Assembly (NCBI RefSeq): GCF_009914755.1
Contig: NC_060938.1
Strand: one strand, 5' to 3'
DNA from: the human T2T-CHM13v2.0 reference genome, Homo sapiens
Length of the DNA: 64,000 nt
The notes under the pieces were generated by a model that saw only the letters and a list, made by a program, of their open reading frames with translations, was not told where the DNA came from and did not search any database. The translations under genes and the position numbers were made by a program. This document shows positions 1-13,340 of this stretch, piece after piece. Position 1 is the stretch's first letter; every line of letters starts with the position of its first letter.

Positions 1-284
1 CCGTTTCAGTGATACGGGCTGTATAAACCTCAAGTTAAATATTTCCATTGTGGAAATTATGGGTTTGATTCTCCCCTGTTATCCATAAATGTATAACAGA
101 ACTTCGTATGTCCCCCTGGCTACCCCATAGCATTATCCCACGAAGGGTCAATTGCATTATAGTCTATCTTGCTGGCACCTCTCCAGTTGTGCTGTGAAAA
201 AAAAAAAGTCCTCTTCTGAATGCCAAGGGGGAAAAGAGCCTCAAGTAACATTTAAAGTCTCTACTAGTTCCATATTCCTATGCC

Positions 285-650
285 ACCCAGGTATTCATCA
301 TAGCATCACTGGTAATAATAAAATAATGTAATCAACTCAAATGTCCCAAAAATAGGAAAATGGTTTAGTAAATCACAATGTATCCATTGGGTAGAATACA
401 CTTTAGATATTAAAATTATGGCTATTGCTATGAAGACTACAAAGTGATGAGAAAAATCCTATGTTCTAATATTAAGTGGTGAAAAAAATCAGAATTCTAG
501 ATTGTATACGGATGTCTACTACAATTACATATTTTTTAATGCAGGGGGAAAATAGTTAAGATACTCAAAATTCAAAAAATGGTGATAAGAGGAGTGAAAT
601 TATAAGTAATCTTCCATTTTCCAAGTGTTCTGAAATATAATTTGCTAATA
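285..650 (+). mobile_element. Old L1 (L1ME-like) 3' fragment
   Basis: Degenerate L1 3' motifs: 'tattcatcatagcatcactggtaata...caactcaaatgtccc...ggaaaatggtttagtaaat...tagaatac'. Boundaries approximate. Confidence 0.5.
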
Positions 651-666
651 TTAAAGTGAATACAAA

Positions 667-690
667 CACACACACACACACACACACACA
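667..690. repeat. (CA)12 microsatellite
   Basis: Read directly. Confidence 0.95.
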
Positions 691-1087
691 TGACAAACCC
701 TGAAACCCTTTCCCAGATCTTTATTCTCCAGCATGGCTTGTTTTATGTGCAATGTGCTGGAGTGTGCCGCCTGCCTGCACACCATCTTTTTAGCAATCGC
801 AATTATCTCCTTTCCATGGAATGTGATGAAGCCTGACTAAAGGTCTCTAATTCTTCTGTCTTTCCATGTTCTCATAAATAATAAAACAGGGCTCCATGAC
901 AACAAGCACATAAAAAGTTTTGTAAAATCTCAAAGTAGCCCTAAAATGTTTACATTCTTAAGCTAATAAAGTGCTCTAAGTACAGTTATTTGGACATCAG
1001 TATTACTTGCTTCTATGCAGTGGAGCCAAGTGATAAGAACATCCATGCTTGGACAGTCCCTACAAATGCATCTTCATCTGACTACTA

Positions 1088-1295
1088 CTACTCCTCCCTC
1101 AGCTGTTTCAAAAGGATTTTCTTCTCTGGGAAGGCTTCTCTGCTAACCCCATCCTCCTTCCTGGAGGAGCCAGGTATTTGCTCCATAATAGCTCTTTCCC
1201 TGCTGTGTAATCTTCTCGACAGTGCATACTTAAGTTCCTCAAAGGTGGTGACTGCATTTTGTTCACCAAGGTATGACCAGTGCTTCTCAGAGTAC
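1088..1295 (-). other. Candidate terminal exon (open frame YSEKHWSYLGEQ...LKQLREE*)
   Basis: Minus-strand acceptor tgtgacag|G at 1295 with a weak pyrimidine tract. Frame open to TAG at 1088-1090. Minus-strand AATAAA at 720-725. No homology recognised. Confidence 0.2.
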
Positions 1296-1903
1296 CTGTC
1301 ACATACCAGGCAATTAAAACACATTAAAGGTTGAAGAAATCATTGTAACAAACAAAAGTTTTCATCAGAAGCCTAGGATCACTTTCTCAAAGTACGAGCA
1401 AGGCACAAACACTCAAGATAGGTTGACTTGTCTCAGGACCAGAAATGTAATAACTTGCCCAGTGCAAAGTTTACAAAGAAGGAAACTGAGGCTAGAGGGC
1501 TAAACAGATGGTTCAGAGGCCCCTCGATGAGTCTCTGGAAGCCCTTCTCACTCTCAGTGGATCATCTTTCCCCTGACCCTGTGCAATGCCATCTTCGGCT
1601 ATGTGGCTTTCTAACTGCTCCTTATGTGCAATCAAATCAAATCTACTCATGTTGCCATCCCTCCCCACCACCTTTCCAAATCAGACCATATGCTTCTCTT
1701 CTTATCCTTCTTTCTGTCTTCCTCTGGCTGAGCCCTGGGCTTGGTAGACAGAAGGAATGCCCATCAAGGGTTCTGTTAAATTTAAATCCAAGACGATGTC
1801 TATTTTCCAAAGTTTGTGTGAGTTATGTTTCTGGTGTAATCAGTAACTGACTACTTATCCAATCTGTCAACTGTTACTCCTAATCTTTTGGAAGAGGCAG
1901 TGG

Positions 1904-1905
1904 AA

Positions 1906-1944
<39 letters not shown>

Positions 1945-1946
1945 AT
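1904..1946. repeat. (AAAT)n microsatellite
   Basis: About 10 perfect units read directly. Confidence 0.95.
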
Positions 1947-2313
1947 GATTTCATGGTGTCTTTAGATAAGAGTAAATGGATGGAATTATATATTTTTTCT
2001 TATTATGGAATTGACATTGTCAACATTCACTGCCATTCATAGCATGGGCTCAATTTGATAAATCTTTTGTGAATTATAATTAATTTAGAGATTTGAATCT
2101 CCTCTTTATGTGTAATCTCCTACTGAAATATTCAGGAGACTTGTTTACTTGTTTCTTCATTGGTTCAGGTAAAGAAATCATCAGCTGGGCATGCAAAGGT
2201 GATAAGCACATGCTATCTTCTTTCTTTTTCTCTAATTTCCTTCCTTTCTTCATCCTACTCTGCTCTGAAATTCACTAGGACTTACTACCACGGCAGTAAC
2301 GTCAAAATAGTAG

Positions 2314-2792
2314 TGTTATTGTCTAGCTTTTACTGCATACCAAACAACTCCAAACCTTGGTGGCTTAAAATAACAACCATTTATTACTTCTCATGAACTA
2401 TTAGTCACTTGCATGGTTCTACTAATCTGGCCAGGCTTGGTTGATCCTGGATGGGCTTGCTTATGCATTTGTGGTCAGCAGGTAGATCAGCTGGGGACTG
2501 AATAGGATAGGCTCTTTCACACGTCTAGTGGATGGGAGATTGGGATAACTGGGCCACATATCTCATGACCCAGCAGTTCAGTCCAGGCTTATTCATGACA
2601 GCAGCAAAATTCCAAGAGTAAGAGTTAAGAATGCAAAGCCTCTTGAGGCCTAGACTCAGAACTTGCTTCTTTCATATTCTATTGGCCAAAGTAAGTTGCA
2701 GGTTAACTCAGATTGATTAGGTGGAGAAATGGATTCTGCCTCGTGGTGAGATTGCTGCAAACAATTGTGGCCATTCTTGGATTCTGCTACAT
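2314..2792 (-). mobile_element. MaLR LTR (MLT1 family)
   Basis: 'tggcttaaaataacaaccatttattacttctcatg' and 'tattctattggccaaagtaag' are typical MLT1 segments. Confidence 0.75.
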
Positions 2793-2985
2793 CCAACTAA
2801 TGTAAATCAATGCCAATGTTGTTAAGCAGATTGATCAGAGACTTGATGAGAATGTCCTTTCTGCAGAATGTGTCTTTTGATAGAATTCCTGGGTTCTAGA
2901 TTAGCAAAGCAATCTTCCAACCATGGGTTAACAGAAGCAATGTGGAAGTAACTTCATTAAGCAAAATCTGGCATTAAAAGGTTAC

Positions 2986-3101
2986 CTGCAACAACGAGAT
3001 TTGGTCTGAATAGAAACTGCAACCTTTTGCATGACATGTAATTCCAAACCTTTTGACTTCAAAATGGGGAGGAAGGAGTCAGACACCCACACATGCTGGG
3101 T
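2986..3101 (-). other. Candidate 116-nt internal exon (TQHVWVSDSFLP...TKSRCC)
   Basis: Acceptor attatgcag|A at 3101 (weak tract) and strong donor CAG|GTAAC at 2986. Only one frame is open, and its phase matches the 1295 acceptor. Confidence 0.2.
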
Positions 3102-3940
3102 CTGCATAATGTTGGTACAATCAGACATAGAACAAAGCAATGCAGTAAGTTTCACATAGCAGGGCTGTTCCCACAACCAAGATGAAAAGGGAAACCTGTA
3201 AAGTTACGGCATTCTAACTTACCCTTTGTGCTTACCCTTTGTGGGGGCATTTATCACACTACAGAGTGAAGATCTGATTGCCTTCCATCTCTGCTATATT
3301 TCTACTTTCTTAGGGACATGAATAAATCTTTTAAATTCATATTTCTTGTGTATAATACAAAACCTGGCTGCTGAAAAAAATGAGAGCGCGAGGGAGTTAT
3401 TTCTGTGACTCAGAAAAAGACTAGCCCAATATAACCACATTTATATTTTTAGAATGTCTATTTGCAACCAAATACTCAAAGATTCTGCCATATAAAAATT
3501 ACAGAATTACTAGGTGAAAATAAGTTACTTCTTATAAAAACAAAAACATCACTATCGAGCTTAAGATTGAAGAAGTTGGTTGTGTTCAAGTTATAATCTT
3601 GAGAATGGATTGAGAAATGCATGTTTTTGCTTAATAAGTGAAGAAAAATTCTTAAATTTTCATAAATTTTCATCTAAAATCTCAATTTACAATTAAACAC
3701 AGCAGCAACATTGGATATATACAAAGTATATGCACTTCAGATCAGGGACCCCTTATTCTTAACTAATCTAAAACCCAGGTTTAAAGACTAGTGGGCTACC
3801 TATCCTTCAGGGAAGTCTCTGTAAATGATTATCCCTAATGAGGAACTGGTAAATAGCAGCAAATCCTGTAGATAGTTTCCGATAGGTCTTTTTCTCTCCT
3901 TTTTCAGCTCAGCTACCCAAGGACAGGTGACCCATCTTTT

Positions 3941-5204
<1,264 letters not shown>

Positions 5205-5219
5205 TGACCCTTCTTTTAG

Positions 5220-5775
5220 CCTGGATTACCGCACAACTTTCTATCTGATCTTTTCCTATTCTAATTTGTTTTTCTAACCATAGCCAACCTGCTTCCTCAA
5301 TAACAAACTTCTGCTTAAACAACTGAATGGTTCAACAGGACTCTTAGCATGAATCCCACACCCCTAATGATTGACTGCAGACTTTGGTCCCAGTCTACAT
5401 CTCCAACCTCAACTCTGTGACTACTCCCCTCATTCTAAATTCCTGAATGAACTCTTTTGAGATCTCTGAAAAAGCTATGGGCTTTCTCACCTCTGGATTT
5501 TTATACATGCTGTTCCCTCTATCTGGAACACTCTCTCCCTCAACTCTTTGCCCCCTGCCTTGTCTGGGACTTTTCCTTCACATCTCAACCAAGAAGCTGC
5601 TTCATCAAGAAAGTCCTTATTTGTCTGTTTCCCTCTCTAGACTGTAAATACAACAAGGACAACCGCATTTTTTTTTATTGTTGTTGTTCACTATTGTATT
5701 CCCAACATCTAGTATAGTGCCAGGCACAGAGTAGGCACTTCATAGATATTTCCAAAATTAGTTGATTAATTCATT
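5220..5775 (+). mobile_element. L2 3' fragment
   Basis: 'ctagactgtaaa...gtgccaggcacagagtaggcacttcatagatattt' matches the L2 terminus. Confidence 0.7.
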
Positions 5776-6479
5776 AATACTGGTTATCAAAGACAAGTCC
5801 TTGGAGCCAAATGTTCTATGTCACTCCTTCAAGGAAGATCTATTTACCTTCTTTAAGAAACAACAAGTATAAAGGTATTGTTTTGATGTTGTCTTATGAA
5901 CATTGACAAACCAGCACTTGGGCCCATATTGAAGGACATACCATCTCTGCCATCTCCATCCAGGCAGGGCCAAAATTTTCCTCAGAAAACAAGTCATGAT
6001 CCACTTCTAAAGAGGAACATATGGGTAATTGCGGCCCCAATATTTTATGCCCTTAGAACATGATCAGAATTTTAGTGCAGGAAAAACTCTAAAGTAGGAA
6101 CTGCCAAATCTTATATTCCAAGGAGTTTTGCAAGGTACTTGGCATTGCACTTTTCAAGAAAGTATTTTGAGTTTAAGGATCTTATACCATTATGCAACAG
6201 TAGGAAGTCAGAAAACATAGGTTCTATCCTGCCTTTGTCGCTAAATACACTGCTCTTGGGGGTCATAATAAGACTCATTCCTTACCCTCGAGCTGAACAA
6301 CTTAATCCTTCTGCCCCAGGCCTGGCTCTTCCCAGGGTCTAAACCATCAAGCCTGAGCCCTAGGAGTCCCTCAACAAATGCCACAAATGCAATAGGGTTC
6401 CCTGCTCTTACCTCCACCTCAGTCTGAGGATGTAAACTTTGATCTGTCCAACCATACGCTTCAGCCAAGCTGACCAGCT

Positions 6480-6835
6480 ACTCCTGGTTGTTTTTCATCT
6501 CATGACTTTGCTGCTCCTTTTGCCTGGAAGAGTCACATTACCCTGACCCCTTTCAACACCACCATATTTCCCTGCCAGGAGAATGTTTTTCAAGTCTCAA
6601 TTCAAGCACATCCTCCATTAAAACCTTTAATGAGTTCCCTGCCAGCATGGGAATCACCTTCCTTTGTGTCCTGTTGTGTCTGTTACTTACTTCCCTCACA
6701 GTACCTGTGGTGCTGTGTTGCAAGGATTATTCACAGGTCTATCTTCCTACTGGACAGTAAGCCTTATAAAGCCAGGATTAAGTCTATTTTGCTTTATATC
6801 CCCATTATAAAACTCTATATTTAGCACAGAGTAAG
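6480..6835 (+). mobile_element. L2 3' fragment
   Basis: 'ctggacagtaagccttataaagccagga...tagcacagagtaagtg'. Confidence 0.6.
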
Positions 6836-6837
6836 TG

Positions 6838-7035
6838 GGGAAGGAAGGGAGGAAAGGAGGGAGGGAGAGAAGGAGTGAGGTGGGGAGGGATTAAAGAAGG
6901 AAGGAAGGACGGAAGAATGGAGGGAAGGAAGGAAGGAAGGAAAGAGAAGGGAAAGGAAAGGAAAGGAAAGGAGGGAGGAAGGAAGGAAGGAAGGAAGGAA
7001 GGAAGGAAAGAAGGAAGGAAGGAAGGAAGGAAGGA
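6838..7035. repeat. Purine-rich (GGAA)n compound microsatellite
   Basis: Includes (GGAA)8-AGAA-(GGAA)5 at 6977-7032. Confidence 0.95.
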
Positions 7036-7064
7036 CAGTAGATCTTTTGAAATATTTTCAGGGC

Positions 7065-7220
7065 TTCACAGTTTCTACAGTTTCCTCATTTTTAAAATGG
7101 GGATAAAAACACAACTTACTTCCTAGAACTATCATGAGGATAAAATGAGATGGTGTACTTAAAGCAATTTGCATTTGTTTGCATGTAGTAAGAACTCAGT
7201 AAATGTAAAATAGTATTATC
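7065..7220 (+). mobile_element. MIR
   Basis: Core 'cagtttcctcatttttaaaatggggataa...atgaggataaaatgagat'. Many more MIR fragments occur (approx. 12100, 15320, 20240, 23650, 26150, 28680, 48270, 49640, 49900, 52880, 57960, 61110). Confidence 0.75.
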
Positions 7221-9707
7221 ATATGAAAACTGGATATGATATATGGGTGGAATAAGGACTGAGGGCTTCTCCTCAACTTAAGGGGCATATTCCAGTGGTC
7301 CCCTGGCTGTGTAAAGGAAGAATGTGCTACCTCAAGAAGGAGTAAAATCCCTATCACAGGAAAATTCCCAGCCTCATCTGGAGAGTTACCTGGCAGTGCT
7401 TTTACCAGGAATTCTTGATACCAGATTGAAGTTAATATTTCTCTTGATTTGGAGGTACATTGATGACAAAGTACCCCATTATATTTTAAATCTAGACATT
7501 GATGTCTAGCACTTTTAAAACAAAGTTTCTCTGAAGATACAACATTTGGGCAATGACACTAATTTTTCTACATTAAATAAAACAATAAAACATCATTTAA
7601 AGTGTTGAAGTTTGTAGCTGTGCTCAGAATGTATCCAGGAGGACACTGGGCAGATTGTCTGGAGATCTCATTGAGTGGTATTACCTTGGTGTTTCTCTGT
7701 GCTTCAGATTTTGATTTTCAACTTTGCAGGTCTTGTATTTGTTGGTACACCAAGAGCAGAGCAGACTCCTCGAAGAGGAACTCACGTTAAACAAACTCAC
7801 AATACATTGACGAATAAGTTGGATTTCTAAAGGATTTGTTCATAAAGGGAGACATGGTTGACACAGAATGCACAAATTGGCACAGATTTACATAGGAAGT
7901 CAAAATATAATCAGAGATTTGTTTGTTTGCTAAACCTAGATTCAAAGCAAAGAAAATTGAATACTACAAAATTTAACAGAATTATTCTCATGATATCCCT
8001 GACACTGGGAACAAATGCCCTCTCTACTCTGATCTGTGTAGAGCCCATGCTGACTGCCTCCTCCACGTCAAACTCACACATTTTTCCCTTAAACATACTA
8101 ATGTCATTGATTAGCTGTAGGGTCAGCTCAGTATACTTTCAGATTCTGACCCTAGAAACAATTTGTACTTAAGGTGCCTTTTGCACACCTCTGAACTTAT
8201 CTATTATGAGTTTATTTTCTCTGGAACTTTCAGATCATAAGGGTGCCTCCTACTCCTTCTATAGATGCCTCCTTCCAGTACTTCCCTCTACCAGGATTTT
8301 GTTGTGAAACAAAAGTCAGAAGCAACATACATATTTTAAATAAGTGAAGTATTCCACATATGTACATAATAAGGGGCATGGTGTCAATATAGTTGAAATA
8401 TCTGTTGTGCCTCTTATATGTAAATGATTAAGATAATCAACTTCTCTAAAATCTGGGCTCCATTTTTTAAAATGGGCATAATAACATTTATCAGAAAGGG
8501 TTTTTGTAATGATTAAATAAAGAAAACAAGCCCAATAGAGTGACTGTTAAACAAATATTATTTCCCTTCCCCTTAATAAAATTATGACATTTATTGCAGT
8601 AATAGGGTTGCAAATTTCACTTACACTGCAACACAGTCATGCAGAGGAACATGTTGGTTCTTTATTTTGTCTGACTAATCTGATCTCCTTCTTGAACCCC
8701 TACTATGTAGATTTGGGGTTTTTTAAAATCTATTTAACCCAATCTAGTTTAAAGCTTAATCAAATATATAACGTAAATAGTCCCTATAGGTCCTGTTCAT
8801 GATTTAGGAGTAATTGCTCATCTTCCTTATTTCCACGCCTCTTTTCCAGTTTCTAAGACAGCATCTGGGCATATGTAAGAAGTTTAGCTTGCATAATTTG
8901 AGAGAGCAGAGATGCAGAGTTCTCTTGGCTCTTGCTGGGTCTCCATGTGACCACGGCCTCCCATATGCCCTTCATCCAGACCTGGGCTAAGTAGTCCACC
9001 TGTAGCCCCTGCTGAGGAAATGGGAGTGGTACCCTCCCTCCCTCTCATCAGCCCACTGATGACTCTGAAGAGGACATGCTAGCTCCGATCTCAGCTTCCT
9101 CCTGGATCCATCCCCCTTCCCCCTGGAGAAACTACAGGAACTCCTGAGTCCCTTCCATTCCTAATTACACTGTGCCCCCACTTTGGTGTATTTGCACCTG
9201 AGATTGGGGCAGGGCAGCCACTCCAAGATCATTTTCAGATTCCAGGTGAAAATCAGGGAGAAGTCTCTCTGTCCCACCCACCTCCCACCACCTATCTGAC
9301 ACCTCTCCAGAGAGAAGAATCAACACACCTGTCCTAGCTTTGCACTCCTACTTCTGTCTCATTTCACTATGCCTTGAGATGGAAAACAGTGGGTTTTTCT
9401 TTTACTTCACTGACATTATATCTAGTTTTTATGAAACCCCAGGTTTCACAGCCAAGCTACTATAGGCAGAGAGGCCATCTTCCCTATACTCTGGGAAAAT
9501 GCTACAATCTAGCATTATCAGGCCTAGACTTTGTTTTTCAAAGGGAAATCAATGGAATGAAACAAATTACCTCTCTCCACAAATCATAGCTTTCCAGCCC
9601 ATTTTCTTGCTAAAGTGATGAAATTTACACCCTCTCCTGCCTTTGGGTAGTAAGCCTCATAGGTTTGAATCAGGTGAAAAGTTGCAATAAAACATGATTT
9701 TAAGAAT

Positions 9708-10213
9708 GTGACAGATTAATTTTTTTTTGCCCAAATTCTTCACCTCTCCCTGTATCCATGACCTTTCCCATGTAATACTGCAGCTCAACCCATGAAAGGC
9801 TGGGTGTTCCTCCCCAACCCTTGACTTCGGGCTTGGCCCTGTGACTTGATTTTGCCAGTGGTATGATAAAAGCAGGAGCTTGTACAATTAGACATACCTT
9901 CTTGCACCTCTGCCCTTGGAAGAATAAGGGGAGAGAGGAGGAGGAGGAGGAGAGGAGTGGAGGGGAGAAGGAGGAGAAGGGGAGGGGAGGAGGAGGAGGA
10001 CGAGGAGGAGGAGGAGAAACAGCAGCAGCGAGCCCACTTATTCAAGAAGAATGCGACATGGAACAGACCCAGACCAAAGCTTAAAGCAAAGCCTGGTATA
10101 GATGAGGCCAACCCCCCATGTGACTACAGATGTGTGAGAAATAAATGTTTGTAGTTGCATGCCTGTGAGATTTGTTTATTACACAATCTTATTGTGGCAA
10201 GAGCCAATAGATT
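9708..10213 (+). mobile_element. MaLR LTR (MLT1 family) with an internal GGA tract
   Basis: Starts tgtgacagatt. Contains 'gggcttggccctgtgacttgattttgcca'. Ends 'aataaatgtttgtagttg...gtggcaagagccaatag'. Confidence 0.75.
9928..10016. repeat. Imperfect (GGA)n purine tract
   Basis: Read directly. Explains the low-complexity ORFs at 9785-10154. Confidence 0.9.
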
Positions 10214-10584
10214 CAAGATGGAAGTTAGACAACATCAGTTTAATATTTGCAAAACATTACTGTCACATGACTGCAGTCGTCAGGCGATGAAGAATCCCTG
10301 TGGTAGTTACTCTGCAATAGGCTTCTCACTCAAAAGCTCCATCACGCAAACGAAGTTAACATAGAGCACCACTCTCACCTTAGCATTTGCCCTCTACAAA
10401 TGAAGTACTATCATCCTTTTAAGATTTTTATCTCTGGAATTGGGAAGGACTTAATTTAGTAAGGATGGATTGGCATTTAGAAATGAGAAAGAGAAAGAAA
10501 CAAATCTTTAACTATATAATCAAATGTATAATTTAAGGAGATTTACTAATTTAGATATAAGTTTTAATAGGCTCTCTCTATTTT

Positions 10585-10690
10585 GACTGAATTCCCACCC
10601 TATGGAATTTTGGCTTAATTGTCCTTGGGTGGGGCCTCATCATCTTGAATCTTCTCTGATAATTCTAATGTACAGGCAGGGCTGAGATGG
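10585..10690. mobile_element. MER5-like hAT fragment
   Basis: 'gggtggggcc...tgataattctaatgtacaggcagggctgaga'. Confidence 0.5.
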
Positions 10691-12477
10691 CAGAGATGAA
10701 AATCAGATTTGTATTAACTTGGTCCTTTCTTTCCTAGATCCTATTGAAGTGCTAATATAGTTTCACTTCAGCTATTCACCTTCTAATCTTTCTAGGTCCA
10801 TCTATTTTTTAACAAATATTTCTTTCTAATGTTTTGTACAGTATTTGATTGTCCGTGTTATTTACAAGCTCCAATTTTAAACTTTAAAATGACAAATGCA
10901 AAGAGAAAGGAAACGTTTCCAGCTAACAGGTCAGGTGATAGAGACAATAAGAGCCGTGGATAAAAATAGCTTCCAAATTATAGCCCCAGGTTTTCTTATT
11001 ATTTAAGCCATATTGTACTAAATTTTCTAAATTTAGCAGCCACTATAGCACTCCCTGGGCCTTTTGATAATATTGACAGATTCTGAATGCTTTTGTGTCA
11101 AAGCACTAACTATAACTCTTCTAGACACTTCTTGTTTTCAGAAATCCAATTAGACAAAACCGAAGGTGATTGGAGCATCTGTTCTTCCTCAACAGATTTT
11201 GGCTTTTCGTCATATAAGTAATCACCTTTAATTTAATTTAATCACCTCTAAATCAACCAGCAGAGTATATTTACTTATACAATAAAAAATAAATAAATGT
11301 AATCCCACTCCCTCTGGTGGCACAATCTACAAATATCCACTGAGGGTGTAATTTGGTTAAAATATTCAAAATGGATTAGAGGACTCTTCCATATTTCGTT
11401 TCTTTTTCATTCAGGAGACACTGATACAAATCCATCTCTCCAAAGGGAATAGTTTATGAGTTTTGTTAAAATACATAACAAAAGAAGCAGCCACTTTTTT
11501 CAAAGCTTCTAATGTATTACACACCTCATGCCAATGTATACAGAGAGAAACTCTCTGAAGCAGGTCTAAGTATCCATTATTTATCTTTGCAAACCAGAAA
11601 GTAAGTTCTTAAAGTTTCAAGATTTTATACAGAGATGGTATTATGAATATATTATGTTGTTATTATAGATGTTATTATGACTATATTAGTATGATGCTAT
11701 TATGACTATTATAAAACAAAAAATAATAACAACTGTGCCCTATGCCATTGACTCCCCAGTTTCATGGAAATAATTATGAAATGACTGATCAAGTTACAAC
11801 AAAACACAGAAGGTATAAACTTCTGTGTTGGAGAGCTCTATGCTGTGATAAGGATATCATAAACAGTAGGCATATCAAATATTTTTCTAAAGATACAATC
11901 ACACATAAAAACATGTTTTCTCAAAAACAGCTGATTAGATGTGCATATGGCTTTTTATTACTTTGCAACTTTTTTTTCCCATTAGAAGATATTTTATTTC
12001 TACAGTATACATAGGCATGGTGGCCTGTGGAGAGACCCAAAGAGGCTCCTGCCCCCAACACACTTTACAATTCCTTTCTCTTTGTATGAAAATCCATATT
12101 GTATAACAAAATGCATACTCTGGACCTAGTCTGCCCAGCTCATCTAATCACTAGCTGTGTCACCATGGGCAAGTTCAATTCACCCTACTGTACCTTTGAA
12201 TGCAGGTAGTATGTTAGAGGAATGCAGGTAATGAAAGGGCTCACTCATGGAGCTGTTGCAAGGTATAAATAAGTTTTCCTATGGAAGAAGCTTAGAACAG
12301 TGGCTGGCACAGAATAAGTGCAGCGCAAGTGTTCAATATTATTGTTGATGTTTGACTGAATAACAGAACTATAATACGTGCAGTTTCAGCTTCAGTCATA
12401 CTGGACTTTTCTCAGTTGTTTAAATAAAATATGTTTTCTCCAGCCTTAGGATCCTTTCACATACTTTCCCTCTTCCC

Positions 12478-12687
12478 TACACTGTCTAATACTGTGACCA
12501 CTAGCCACATTTAGGGCTATTTAAAGGTACATGAATTAAAATTAAATGAAATTTAAAAGTCAATCCATTAGTTGCACTGGCCACATTTAAAGTGCTCAAT
12601 CACCATATGTGGCTAGTGGCTATTGAGTTGGACAGAACCAACATAGAGCTTTTTTATCATCACAGAATGTTCTATCAGAAAGCGCTG
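12478..12687. mobile_element. MER3 (hAT-Charlie MITE) inserted in an L2 fragment (approx. 12400-12960)
   Basis: 'ccactagccacat...gcactggccacatttaaagtgctcaat...atgtggctagtggcta...tcatcacagaatgttctat...gcgctg'. Confidence 0.8.
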
Positions 12688-13097
12688 GTGTAGACTGGTC
12701 TTCCTTTCATTTTAATTCCTATGCAGTCTTCATACTGCTGCTTAAATATCACTTCTTCAGTGAATCCTTCCCTGACCAAGTCAATGTTAGGTCCCTCTAC
12801 AAATCTTCCCAGATCATGCTGGATATTTCCTTCAGAGATTTCTTACATTTATACATATGTTTAATGAAGTATTCCCACTAGGGTGTAAGGACTTTGAAAA
12901 AAAGGGATCATATACGCACATAGTAAACACCTAATAAATATTGCAGACTGAATGACTATAATAGGAAATTTATAAAATCACTTAATATTTTAATAGCTAA
13001 TATATATCACATGCTTACTGTGTGCTGGGCACTATTCTGAACACCTTATGTGTTTTAAGCTATTTAAGTCTAACAACTCCATGAGGTATTAGGTGCT

Positions 13098-13340
13098 TGT
13101 ATTCATTATCTATTGCTGCATAATAAGTTACCATAAGCATTGTAGCTTAAAACAACATGCATTATTATCTCACAGTTTCTGTGGGCTAGAGGTCTAGGTG
13201 TAGCTTATCTGAATCCTCTGTTTAGGTCTCACAGACTGTAATCAAGGTGTTGGGTAGGCTGTGTTCTCATTTGGAAGATCAACTGGAGAAGAATCTGCTT
13301 CCAAGCTCGCTTAGGTTGTTGACAGAATTGATTTCCAGAA
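13098..13340 (-). mobile_element. MLT1 LTR fragment
   Basis: 'tgtattcattatctattgctgcataa...gcttaaaacaaca...tctcacagtttctgtggg'. Confidence 0.75.

Noticed and set aside
9785-10154. Glu/Gly/Ser/Leu-rich ORFs (also 6875-7126 and 52340-52525)
   Set aside because: Products of simple purine repeats.
11110-11226. Protein-like minus-strand frame DYLYDEKPKSVEEEQMLQSPSV...
   Set aside because: Only about 38 codons, no pyrimidine tract at the putative acceptor, and no recognised homologue.
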